From Candidatus Poribacteria bacterium (lineage in GTDB: Bacteria; Poribacteria; WGA-4E; WGA-3G): a stretch of 64,000 bases of DNA. The notes under the pieces are model-generated. The model made no database searches, was not told the origin of the DNA, and saw only the letters and a program-made list of their open reading frames with translations. Shown piece by piece: positions 37,167-47,094 of this stretch. A program made the translations under genes and the position numbers. The stretch spans positions 256,001-320,000 of the forward strand of contig CBDBFU010000012.1 in the NCBI GenBank assembly GCA_965205025.1. The letters run 5' to 3'. Positions within the stretch are counted from its first letter, which is position 1, and each line of letters opens with the position of its first letter.

Positions 37167-37455
37167 TCGTTGATTCTAAAAACGGATTCGGACCAATTCA
37201 AAATCCGCAAGTTGGAGGTAAGGACAAGTATAGCAAGGGAAAGGAGATCTGTCAATCATATAGGTACAGACATCCAAGGATATTCGGGTTAAAATAATAG
37301 GGTGTGGTCTTAGACTATTTTAGCACGGTATGTTCATTTTACTGTGGAATTCAATTCCGTCAATCCACTGTTTGAAGGAATCTTCTCAACCATAAATAAA
37401 CCCACTGCCAATACATATCAACAGTGGGTTTAAATTATCCAAATGTCCAATAACT

Positions 37456-38874
37456 TTAAGTGTCTAAATGGAAGATAGCCATTTTCAACTCTGTCATCTC
37501 TTCAATGGCATATTTCGGACCTTCTTTACCCATACCACTCTCTTTAACGCCACCATACGGCATCAGATCAGCACGCCATTGTGTGCCCCAGTTTACCATG
37601 AGATTTCCTGATTCTACCTCACGGACAAATCGCATTGCCCAATCAACATTCTGAGTAAATATAGCAGCACTCAACCCGTAATTTGTATCATTAGCAAGTG
37701 CAATCGCTTCGTCGATATCGTTCACACGGGTAACACCAACAGCCGGACCAAAAACTTCATCACAAGAGATTTTCATTTCAGGTTTTACATTTGCCAAAAT
37801 GGCTGGTGTGACAAACTGATCCTGCTTTTCGCCACCAGTAAGGAGTTCTGCTCCATCCGATACTGCTTCTTGTATCCATTCTGTGACACGTGTAGCATCA
37901 TTATCTCGAATCATCGGTCCCATACGAACCCCAGATTCCAACGGATTCCCAATTCCAATCTGAGAGACTTCTTCTTGGAATGCATCTAAGAAATCACCAT
38001 AGATTTTCTCATGAGCAATGACCCGTTGTGTTGAGATACACACTTGTCCTGCATTAGAATATCCAGACGCTGCGGCAGCACGAGCAACCTTTTCCGGATC
38101 AGCATCAGGCATAACAATTAGGGGGGAATTTGAACCGAGTTCCATCGTAACACGTTTTAAACCTGCAACTTTACAGATATGTTCCCCAACGTCTCGACTT
38201 CCGGTAAAGGTGATCTTACGTACACGACGATCAGCACAAAGTGTATCGCCAATTTCCCCGCCGGGACCAGTAACACATTGGATCGCTTCTGGTGGTGTAC
38301 CTGCTTCTAAAAAGAGTTCCACTAATTTCAGAGCAGAGAGGGGTGTATCTGTAGCAGGTTTGATAATGATAGCATTGCCACCTGCAATAGCCGGACCGGC
38401 TTTATGACAGACAAGGTGAAGGGGAAAATTGAAAGGACTAATCCCTGCTACTATTCCGCAAGGTACGCGTACTGTAAAACCCAGTTTATTCTTCACACCC
38501 GGGGCACCTTCAAGAGGTATTGTCTCACCCGTTAACCGCTTTGCTTCCTCCGCAGAGAGAGCAATAATCTCAGAAGCACGAGTTGCTTCTATGGTTGCCT
38601 CAGCCAATATCTTACCTTCTTCTCGTGTAATTACTTCGGCAAGTTCATCAGCTTTTTCAACCATCAGATCTGCGACTTTACGCAATATTTCATACCGTTC
38701 ATAACCTGTCATCCCAGCCATGATTTTAGCGCCACGTTCTGCGGTTTGAATAGCTGTTTCGACGTCGGTAGCATCCCCTCTTGGAACGGTATCAACAACT
38801 GATCCATCAAAGGGACTGAGAACATCAATTTTGTCTGATTTATCTACCCATTCACCACCTAAATGCATTTGCAT
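37456..38874 (-). CDS. NAD(P)-dependent aldehyde dehydrogenase
   Basis: 'SPFNFP', 'FTGS', 'MELGSN', catalytic 'AGQVC', 'EVFGP', 'PYGGVKESG.GKEG'. Confidence 0.95.
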   Translation of the reverse strand: MQMHLGGEWVDKSDKIDVLSPFDGSVVDTVPRGDATDVETAIQTAERGAKIMAGMTGYERYEILRKVADLMVEKADELAEVITREEGKILAEATIEATRASEIIALSAEEAKRLTGETIPLEGAPGVKNKLGFTVRVPCGIVAGISPFNFPLHLVCHKAGPAIAGGNAIIIKPATDTPLSALKLVELFLEAGTPPEAIQCVTGPGGEIGDTLCADRRVRKITFTGSRDVGEHICKVAGLKRVTMELGSNSPLIVMPDADPEKVARAAAASGYSNAGQVCISTQRVIAHEKIYGDFLDAFQEEVSQIGIGNPLESGVRMGPMIRDNDATRVTEWIQEAVSDGAELLTGGEKQDQFVTPAILANVKPEMKISCDEVFGPAVGVTRVNDIDEAIALANDTNYGLSAAIFTQNVDWAMRFVREVESGNLMVNWGTQWRADLMPYGGVKESGMGKEGPKYAIEEMTELKMAIFHLDT

Positions 38875-38922
38875 AGTGCGTATTTCTCCATTATTTCAGC
38901 ATATAGTGTAATTGCTGATATA

Positions 38923-39693
38923 TTATTTTGTACTTTTCAAGATACCCCATGTTATTGTTGCTTTCCCAGATGCCTCAACTGCAGCATATTCAGCTAATCC
39001 TGTTTTCATCACGTCATTAAGTTCTTTTTCTGTAAGTGCTTCTTTAAAGAAACCTACTTCATCAAACAGTCCCGTTGCTGCAACATCTCCTGGACGTGCC
39101 CCGATCCAAATTGGTGATACGTTCTGAATTAATTTACCATTACTCGGTTTTTCTCCATCCAATTTGCCATCAATATACATCTGAACTTTTTTACCATCGT
39201 ATATTTTAGCTATATGATGCCAAGATCCGTCAGCAATGATAGTCTTGCCGTCTATCCGTCCCTTTCCTTGTGCTGCATTCCACATAAAAACTGGATAGTC
39301 CGCATCATGAATCCAAATATCCAGATGTCTAAGTTCTTCAGGCTCGGGCCATTTATCTCCATTACGCCAAACGATGTATTGCCAAGATGCAGCATTCAAT
39401 TTTACCCAAGCAACAAAGGAGTATGGATCCGCATTGAACACATCGTCATGGTCAATACGGACATAGCTATCACCCTTTCCAGGGAATTGCAAAGCCTTGC
39501 CCATTTTACCATCCGCCACCCATTTTAATGTTCCCTTGACTTCCCCATCGTGACCACTGACAATATCTTTAACAACATTTCCACCATTTTCTTCAAATAA
39601 CCAAGCACTTATCAACCCTTTTTTGGCTGCATGTGCAGAAAAGGAAGTACTGATTATGACCAGTGTTATGTATAGGATAGTTTTCCTAATCAT
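38923..39693 (-). CDS. Secreted LamG-like jelly-roll protein
   Basis: Signal peptide; 'WLFEE..G', 'WHHIA..YDG....YIDG', 'G.FDEV'; C-terminal 'AVEASGKATITWGILK'. Confidence 0.85.
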   Translation of the reverse strand: MIRKTILYITLVIISTSFSAHAAKKGLISAWLFEENGGNVVKDIVSGHDGEVKGTLKWVADGKMGKALQFPGKGDSYVRIDHDDVFNADPYSFVAWVKLNAASWQYIVWRNGDKWPEPEELRHLDIWIHDADYPVFMWNAAQGKGRIDGKTIIADGSWHHIAKIYDGKKVQMYIDGKLDGEKPSNGKLIQNVSPIWIGARPGDVAATGLFDEVGFFKEALTEKELNDVMKTGLAEYAAVEASGKATITWGILKSTK

Positions 39694-39772
39694 ATTTTTC
39701 CTCCTAACTATTACAACACAATATTAAGTTTAGATATCAACTCATATATACTTGTTTTAAGTGAGTTATTAA

Positions 39773-40777
39773 CTATTCACGACAATTATCAATCGCATCC
39801 TCGTCCAATTCTACACCTAAACCGGGTTTATCAGAAATAGTTGCATACCCTTCTTCGAGTGGTATCGTTGAGGGGGTGACAATATCAAAAGCACGTAATG
39901 CATTTAACGTAATAGAAGGCATTGTTGCATTTGGGATTACAGCAGTAAGATGCATTACATAGGCAGTTGTGATTCCTAACCCAACAATTTGTATCCACAC
40001 TGGTAGATGTGCAGCATGTGAAATCGTTCCTTCACGGATAGCATTTGCAGCACGTGAATCAGGATAGGCAATTATAAATGAATCGTTCATTCTTGCACGA
40101 ATAGCTTCAACCGGATCAGGATTACCGAAGTGTATTGTTATCGGCATATCTGTCTGTGCCTTGATTTCTTGGTATCCTTCTATATTGGATTGTGGAATTG
40201 GGGTTTCAAAGGATTCAATATTAAAATCTTTTAACTGCCTTGCTACTTCAAGTGTGCTTTCAGCTGTTTCAAAAGAGTCATTAGCATCAACGCGTAGTTG
40301 AAAATCATCTGGTACTACATCTGATATGGCTTGAACCTGTTCAAGGACTTCGAACCATGGACGTGCTTTGATTTTATGGAGTCTATAGCCGAGTTGATAT
40401 GCATGTTGCGCCTCAGCAGCCCACTCTTCAGGAGTCATGTCAATAGACCAATATCCAAACGATGCTTTGTCATTGTGTTTTTCACCTAATAGTTGGTGTA
40501 CTGGAACACCAAGAGACTTCCCCATGATGTCATAAAACGCTTGCTGGAGTGGTGTTGGTGACCATCCATTCATATAATCAAACGGATTCTTACCAATATA
40601 TCGCTGAATCGTTTCATCCGATTGGAATGAACCGTCTCCTATCCCAATAATGCCTTCATCTGTATGTACTTTGTAAACATGATCGATCTGGTAAAGATTA
40701 CGACTCGTCATCAAATCATATATACCATCATGATAAGGTACTCTAACCCGGATAACCTCAATTTGGGTAATTTTCAT
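39773..40777 (-). CDS. Mandelate racemase/muconate lactonizing (enolase superfamily) protein
   Basis: 'VHTDEGIIGIGD', 'DIMGKSLGVPV..LLG', 'KIK', 'LRVDAN', 'ETP', 'PGLGVELD'. Confidence 0.9.
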   Translation of the reverse strand: MKITQIEVIRVRVPYHDGIYDLMTSRNLYQIDHVYKVHTDEGIIGIGDGSFQSDETIQRYIGKNPFDYMNGWSPTPLQQAFYDIMGKSLGVPVHQLLGEKHNDKASFGYWSIDMTPEEWAAEAQHAYQLGYRLHKIKARPWFEVLEQVQAISDVVPDDFQLRVDANDSFETAESTLEVARQLKDFNIESFETPIPQSNIEGYQEIKAQTDMPITIHFGNPDPVEAIRARMNDSFIIAYPDSRAANAIREGTISHAAHLPVWIQIVGLGITTAYVMHLTAVIPNATMPSITLNALRAFDIVTPSTIPLEEGYATISDKPGLGVELDEDAIDNCRE

Positions 40778-40854
40778 GATTCTTACTCCCTTTATCTGAG
40801 AAACGATCTTTGTTTAAACTTATACACAAAACGTATATAGAGTGTCATCAAGTG

Positions 40855-41307
40855 TTATTCATCTCGTCGAATCCAACTGACGACATCTTCCGCTTCACCT
40901 GTTCCACCTTCTAAGCCATCACTACCAAAAGAAATAAGGTCATACCCATATTGATCATGTATTCCAGGACGAACATATATGTACTGGTTACCCCACGGGT
41001 CTGTTGTAATAGGAATTTGTATGTATGGACCTAACCAATTTATGGGGAGCGGTGGTTCTTCGGGCTGTTCCCAAAGTGCTTTTAACCCTTGTTCTGTTGA
41101 AGGATAATCACCATTGTCTTTTGCATACCTATCAAGTGCGATACCAAGTGTTTCAATATCTTCAGCTGCCCGCGTTTGTAAGGCACGCCCTGCTTGTCCA
41201 AGTAATCGAGGTGCAAATATCACTGCAGCAACAACTGCAAGGACAACAACGACAATTAAAATCTGTACGAGTGTTAACCCAGATTGTTTTCGATTAGTTT
41301 GTATCAC
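40855..41307 (-). CDS. gspG: Type II secretion major pseudopilin GspG
   Basis: Prepilin site 'QSG|LTLVQILIVV'; 'ALD.Y..DNG.YPST.QGL.AL', 'W.GPY', 'DPWGN.Y.Y..PG', 'S.G.DG.EGG.GE..D'. Confidence 0.9.
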   Translation of the reverse strand: MIQTNRKQSGLTLVQILIVVVVLAVVAAVIFAPRLLGQAGRALQTRAAEDIETLGIALDRYAKDNGDYPSTEQGLKALWEQPEEPPLPINWLGPYIQIPITTDPWGNQYIYVRPGIHDQYGYDLISFGSDGLEGGTGEAEDVVSWIRRDE

Positions 41308-41406
41308 GTATGCGTCTCCACGCTTTTTTATTCTTGAATTTACTGAAAAATTCTCTGGATAAGTCTATCATATAGGATTGATTCTGTCAACGTCATTGTT
41401 CCGTGA

Positions 41407-42150
41407 GGGTGTGTAAAGTTTTTGTCACTAAACATTATGCTGCTATTGCATCTGGATACCCATAATTATCCCAAGTATCAATCTTTAGCATACATCTCAA
41501 CTCCAGTTATGTTAGATCTATGGATACTGTGTATTGTAAAAAGCTGTTAATTTTTGTCGTCTTGAATTGTTTACACATTCACGGAAACCTTCACGGAGCA
41601 ATTTTACGAAGCCTTATTCTATAAGGGTTTATAATTAAAGTAGACCAATTCTCCGTGAATCACACACGTTAATTACACTATAACTTAAGTGTGTATTAAG
41701 TACTTATATGTTTTTCATACGCAGTGTATTGGCACATAGCACTTCGCTGGAGTGCTAGACTATTCCGATATTGTTTTCTATAGACATAGTACTTCTCTGG
41801 AGTACGGTATTTTTGATATAGAAAACTCAATAATAAATAGACTTATCATTAGATACTCAGTTTCCTTCTGAATTAGAATTGTTAATCCTAATATACAGAC
41901 AAAAAATAAGGTGTAAAAACAGTCATTTAATCCTAAATCTCAGACAGTAGATCGTGTTGTTGTTGCATATCTCTATGTGTCGAAAAAATGAAAAAAGTTA
42001 CACTTTTTGTCACACGGTGTGACATTGAAATTGGTGTAAATTACCCCTGTCATCCCTGTCATAGACTGGCTTTACTCCACTTTGAATTAACTTTATAAGA
42101 ATTTCTAAAATGTGTGATTTTGTGTTCTTTTTGTCCTTTCTGATTTTGAC
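41407..42150 (-). repeat. Mosaic intergenic repeat region homologous (inverted) to blocks in 20078-21610
   Basis: Blocks 41407-41460, 41578-41659, 41993-42023 and about 42060-42145 match 20078-20100/21273-21312, 21487-21569, 21008-21038 and about 20895-20980; REP doublet at about 41737-41805. Confidence 0.7.
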
Positions 42151-42398
42151 ATTCCCAACGGATAAAAAGGTATGCTTTTTTGACGTATATGAAACTTTGT
42201 AATTAGGATCGTTTTTATAGATAGTCATTAGTTCTTAGTTATTGATTATTAGTTTGTGTTCTAATCCCAAATTTTATTTTGATTTTGACAGATATTCTTA
42301 ATATATGTTTCTATTTTGTGATATATGTATGTTAGTTGTTATAGATGGGTATTTTCTTCATTTATTTTATAATTTTTATAAAAATGTTAGAATCCGTT

Positions 42399-42842
42399 TC
42401 ATTTACAGTCTGCTTTCAATCTTGTTAGCCAAAAGACACCAGTTTGTGTCAGTTTTTCAAACGCATCAAGTGAAAAATAGCCGAGATCAGCCAAGCGTAA
42501 ACTCCCCGCAGGGAGCGGTTCAAAATGTACTTCCGCTGAACGATCAGCGGTGATACCATCGGTCAGTTGAAAGTGTGTAAAAGCACCTGTAAGCACATCA
42601 AAACGGAGCTGCAGCTTGAGAGCAGCTTTTTTAGAGTTTGTTCTACATCCAGTACCTTAGTAGATTGTTGTATAACTTTATGCATTATATCGGACACTTG
42701 TGTTAGTATAGACATTGATATACCTCTTATAGAAATAAGTTATATGAAATAAAGTATTTCTATATTATGCAAGAGGTATATCTATTTTTGAACACTTTTT
42801 AGCACTCAAAATGACGGGTTTCAGTCCTTAAGTTTACACTTA
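42399..42842 (-). mobile_element. IS4-family transposase remnant
   Basis: Fragments MSILTQVSDIMH (ATG 42715) joined by a deletion to 'KAALKLQLRFDVLTG...GSLRLADLGYFSL...FWLTRLK'; end-like cttaagtttacacttat near 42827-42843. Confidence 0.75.
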
Positions 42843-43169
42843 TAGGTTTCGCTACTGCTTCTACCCGACCTACGAAATAATGTAATATTATCATATAGAA
42901 ATGGTATAAGTACTAAGTGATAATTAAGTTGCATTAACTGTTGTTTTCTTCAATTATTCTTCTGCCAGATTCAAACAAACTCCTGGCAAGTAAGAATTCA
43001 TGAAGATTTATCTAAATAAAACTTGCATTTAGAATTAAAATAACGTATTCTTATACATAAATTTAGATTAAGCGATAATAGACAATAACTGTTGTTATCA
43101 AATGCTATATTATTTAACTATTACCAATCAGACGGATAAGGTCTTTAGTACCCGTAGTTTGCAGTAGTC

Positions 43170-44030
43170 ATGAGGGATTCTATGTCAACTTTTGGAACAA
43201 ACAATTACCAGTACGAAGTAATTGAAGGTTGGGGAATGATACCTCAGCTTGGACTCGTTTCTGGTGTGGCTTGCGACTCGAATGATCGAGTATATGTTTA
43301 CAATCGAAGTCCCGTTCCTGCTATGCTTGTTTTTGATCCTGATGGCACATTCGTTGCAGAATGGGGAAAGGATATATTCCAAAAACCACACGGCATCTGG
43401 ATTAGTCCAGATGATGAAATTTATACTACAGATACAATTGATCATACTGTCCGTAAGTTTTCACTTGATGGTGAATTGTTACAGACATTCGGCACTGTAA
43501 ATCAGCCTGGAACCCCAGGAACACCCTTTAACCAACCTACACGCGCAGTACTTTCTGCATCCGGTGAGATGTATATCTCAGATGGTTACGGACAATCGCG
43601 CGTACATCGAATGACAACAGAGGGTGATGTTATAGTATCTTGGGGAGCACCCGGAATTGGTCCGGGTGAATTTAACCTGCCACATGATGTCACTGTTGAT
43701 AAGAATGACCGTGTATATATACTTGACAGAGGGAATCTCCGATGTCAGATTTTTAATAATGAAGGTGAATTTCTTACTGAATGGACAAACCTCGGTTCAC
43801 CAAACGATTTATTTATTGATGCGGACGAAATTATACATATTGCAGAAGGACACCAGAGTATCTGTATTATGACACTTGACGGTGAGATAATTGGTAGATG
43901 GGGAGAAAAAGGGACGAATCCCGGTCAATTTAGTGATTCCCCACACGGAATATGGATAGATTCAAATGGAGACATCTATGTTAGTGAAGTAATTGCTGAA
44001 AGACGTTTCCAAAAGTTTGCGAGGATTTAA
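43170..44030 (+). CDS. NHL-repeat beta-propeller protein (peptidylglycine lyase-like)
   Basis: 'PHGIWI', 'FNQPT', 'YISDGYGQSRVH', 'G.GPGEFNLPH', 'GQFSDSPHGIW'; start may be 43182. Confidence 0.85.
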   Translation: MRDSMSTFGTNNYQYEVIEGWGMIPQLGLVSGVACDSNDRVYVYNRSPVPAMLVFDPDGTFVAEWGKDIFQKPHGIWISPDDEIYTTDTIDHTVRKFSLDGELLQTFGTVNQPGTPGTPFNQPTRAVLSASGEMYISDGYGQSRVHRMTTEGDVIVSWGAPGIGPGEFNLPHDVTVDKNDRVYILDRGNLRCQIFNNEGEFLTEWTNLGSPNDLFIDADEIIHIAEGHQSICIMTLDGEIIGRWGEKGTNPGQFSDSPHGIWIDSNGDIYVSEVIAERRFQKFARI

Positions 44031-44035
44031 CTGTT

Positions 44036-44968
44036 TTGAAGAAATATACTGTTGCTATTTTCAGTCTTATTCTAATTACAATCTTAGCATGTACCATTGC
44101 CTATGCTGGACCAGATCACGAACATTCAGGGGATCATCTAAAGAAATTTTTCACACAGAACATCACGATACAATTCGCAATTGTAGCCTTAATTGTGTCT
44201 TTTGTGTTGGGAGGTCTACATGCTCTAACGCCAGGACACGGAAAGGCAGTTGTTGCAGCGTATCTTGTAGGGTCTAAAGGTAGAGTCATCGATGCCGTAT
44301 TTCTTGGTTTGGTTGTGACTTTCACACACACATTTAGTGTCATTGCTCTTGGTGTGGTTCTGTTGTTAGCAAAGAATCGTATACAGCATGAATCTGTTGT
44401 GATGTGGTTAAGTCTGGTTTCTGGTGTTCTTATAGTCGGTATTGGAGCATGGTTATTGGGAAGAAACATTAAGCAATACTCTGCAGGTAGACAGGGTCAT
44501 AGTCACGGACATGGACACGATCACAGTCATGGACACGATCACAGTCATGGACACGATCATAGTCATGGACATAGACATGATCACTCTCACGGACACGAAC
44601 ACAGCCACGGTGGGGGACTTTCGCATAGTCACGTACCACCTGACAGAACAGGTTTCTGGGGTATATTAACACTCGGTATCTCAGGAGGAATTGTACCATG
44701 TGTGGATGCTCTCCTGGGACTCTTGTTTGCAATCAGTTTAAACAAACTTACTTGGGGAGTGATAATCCTTTGTGCGTTCTCGTTAGGACTTGCTGCTGTG
44801 TTAGTGGCAATTGGTATTCTAATGGTATTGGCAAAACCAATGATTGAACGTTTTACAGGCGAAGGTATTTGGTTAAAACGAATGCCGATTATCAGTGCAA
44901 GTGTAGTGATTTTACTTGGGGCTGTTTTGGTCTTCAAAGCACTTACCGACGTTGGTGGTCATATTTAA
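44036..44968 (+). CDS. Nickel/cobalt transporter (RcnA/NicO family) with His-rich loop
   Basis: 'GGLHALTPGHGKAVVAAYLVG', 'VTFTHT', 'GGIVPC'; (GHDHSH)n loop. Confidence 0.9.
   Translation: MKKYTVAIFSLILITILACTIAYAGPDHEHSGDHLKKFFTQNITIQFAIVALIVSFVLGGLHALTPGHGKAVVAAYLVGSKGRVIDAVFLGLVVTFTHTFSVIALGVVLLLAKNRIQHESVVMWLSLVSGVLIVGIGAWLLGRNIKQYSAGRQGHSHGHGHDHSHGHDHSHGHDHSHGHRHDHSHGHEHSHGGGLSHSHVPPDRTGFWGILTLGISGGIVPCVDALLGLLFAISLNKLTWGVIILCAFSLGLAAVLVAIGILMVLAKPMIERFTGEGIWLKRMPIISASVVILLGAVLVFKALTDVGGHI
44497..44610 (+). repeat. 18-bp tandem repeat encoding GHDHSH
   Basis: ggacacgatcacagtcat repeated with variants. Confidence 0.85.
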
Positions 44969-45141
44969 ACCTAACAGGATCATATTTATTCCAGTATACC
45001 AATAGCATAATCAAATTGCTTGAATCCGATTATCGGCGCGCTTCGTTTGCGTGCCGATTTTGGTTTTATGTATAGTGTACAATAAAATTAATACTACATT
45101 TTCTATTGGCTCAACTTACGTTCGCGTCCTACACCTCTTCT

Positions 45142-45183
45142 GTAGGAGCGACCTCCCCGTCGCGACCTGGAGGTCGCTCCTAC
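45142..45183. repeat. GTAG-type REP hairpin
   Basis: gtaggagcgacctcc ... ggaggtcgctcctac, perfect 15-bp arms. Confidence 0.8.
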
Positions 45184-45263
45184 AAGTAAAGTGTCAGATT
45201 AAATCTAAAGTTTATTAATATCCAATTCTTCAATGCGAATATAAATATAGAGGGAAATTCAAA

Positions 45264-46142
45264 GTGAATACCATAGGAATCTATAGTCCAGGTGATATGG
45301 GACATACAGTCGGTGAAGTATTATACAAGAATGGTCTACGTGTAATCACCTGTCTTGAAGGTAGAAGTAAACGCACACAGGAACTCTCTGAAAAAGCAGG
45401 TATCAAGGATGTAGAATCCTATACAAATTTTGTAAATGAATCAGATTTAATCTTATCAATAATGGTTCCTGCACACGCATCTCAAGCAGCTGGAAAAATA
45501 TCCGAAACATTATTACAGACGAAGACTACATTAACTTATGCTGATTGCAATGCAATTGCGCCACAGACTGTACAAAAAATTGGAGAGAAGATAGATTCCG
45601 CGGGTGGAACATTCATAGATGCTTCTATAATTGGTCCTCCACCACACACACCTGGTAGAACTCGGTTTTATGTTTCTGGTATAAACCTTGATTCATTTCT
45701 CATGTTGAATAATTACGGTTTAGATGTTCGACCCATTGGCGAGGATGTCGGTCTGGCATCGGCTATTAAAATGTGCTACGCTTCTTTGACAAAAGGGTTA
45801 ACCGCCCTTTGTACGGAATTACTCACTGCAGCGGAGAAACTTGGTGTTTCTGATGCACTTTCGGCTGAGTTTAAACTCAGTCAATCAGCACTCTATGAGA
45901 GAATGGAGAACGGTCTTCCAGGTATGCCACCAAAGGCAAGACGTTGGATCGGGGAGATGGAGGAGATTTCTGCTACATTTGAACATGTAGGACTAACACC
46001 CCATATATTAACGGGTGCAGCGGACATGTACCGATTGGTAAGTGAAACACCACTGGCTGATCTTTCACCAGAAGAACATGACAAGTTTCCTTCATTAACA
46101 GAATTGGTGAATATCCTTGCGAAACAGACAGAAAGTAATTAG
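45264..46142 (+). CDS. NAD(P)-dependent oxidoreductase (6PGDH/3-HIBDH-like with DUF1932-type C-terminus)
   Basis: 'GIYSPGDMG', 'DCNAIAP', 'DASIIGPPP', 'ASAIKMCYASLTKG', 'KARRWIGEMEEI'. Confidence 0.85.
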   Translation: MNTIGIYSPGDMGHTVGEVLYKNGLRVITCLEGRSKRTQELSEKAGIKDVESYTNFVNESDLILSIMVPAHASQAAGKISETLLQTKTTLTYADCNAIAPQTVQKIGEKIDSAGGTFIDASIIGPPPHTPGRTRFYVSGINLDSFLMLNNYGLDVRPIGEDVGLASAIKMCYASLTKGLTALCTELLTAAEKLGVSDALSAEFKLSQSALYERMENGLPGMPPKARRWIGEMEEISATFEHVGLTPHILTGAADMYRLVSETPLADLSPEEHDKFPSLTELVNILAKQTESN

Positions 46143-46202
46143 ATTTATCTGTTGTAGATAAGAATTTATTGTTTTTAGTAAAATAAAAATAGAAAAATCA
46201 AT

Positions 46203-47015
46203 TCACTTTTCCTCTTGTTCCCCTTCCGGTTCTTTAATCTCAAAGGGTTCTACAATCCACTGCCTAAAAGAAACATCATCCTCAAAAAAGGAACGCATTA
46301 AAGCAAATTCATCTGGTGTTGCAATTGCACTATACAAGATCCCTTCTTGTTCACCATAAGTTCTAATTCGAGATTGCCATGCTTGATGGAAAAGTTCCGA
46401 ATCATCAATCATCATTGCTGAAATCATTCCCATTTGAACTGTTTTTACTGAGAACCCTGTTTTAGTCTGTTTCATCAAAGGATCTACTAACTCTTTCGTA
46501 AGTAAATCCTGGAATTCCTTACGATTATTTAATTGACTCTTTCCTTCTTTGCTCCAGTCTCGAATGGTGTAATAGAAATCTACCCATATATTTTCTTCCT
46601 CTTCTCTAATTTCGGTATCCAAAACCTTAATAAGTCTCTCGAGTAAAATCTTTCTATGGTTTGTATCTGGCATGGAATTAATATAAGAAATATAATCTGT
46701 ATGTTCAGAGTTATACTTATTGTTAATATAGGTGAGGTATTTTTCTGAGGATAATATTACATCTAAACTATTTGATTCTTGAGTAGATGGGTTTTCACCT
46801 ATAGTGGTAAGGAGGTGCGAAAGTACACTCTCCTGTTCTTCTGTCAACGGCTGGAGTGCATATTGTCTGAGTTCCCGTCTGTATTCGGCTTGTTTATCTA
46901 TGATTTCTCCCATTTCAGCATACATTTTCTTAAACATTGGGACAAAGACAACTATTCCGCCAACCAACAGCAGTACACCTAACCCCAATAGTAGGAAAAA
47001 AATTGGTTTTTTCAT
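46203..47015 (-). CDS. Hypothetical membrane-anchored protein
   Basis: 270-aa ORF with N-terminal hydrophobic helix; GGAG RBS. Confidence 0.7.
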   Translation of the reverse strand: MKKPIFFLLLGLGVLLLVGGIVVFVPMFKKMYAEMGEIIDKQAEYRRELRQYALQPLTEEQESVLSHLLTTIGENPSTQESNSLDVILSSEKYLTYINNKYNSEHTDYISYINSMPDTNHRKILLERLIKVLDTEIREEEENIWVDFYYTIRDWSKEGKSQLNNRKEFQDLLTKELVDPLMKQTKTGFSVKTVQMGMISAMMIDDSELFHQAWQSRIRTYGEQEGILYSAIATPDEFALMRSFFEDDVSFRQWIVEPFEIKEPEGEQEEK

Positions 47016-47094
47016 TTTATCACTCCGTTTTTTCTTACTATATTACCACTGTTTATAAGGTGATGCAATACATTATAAGTAATCACCATCGCTA

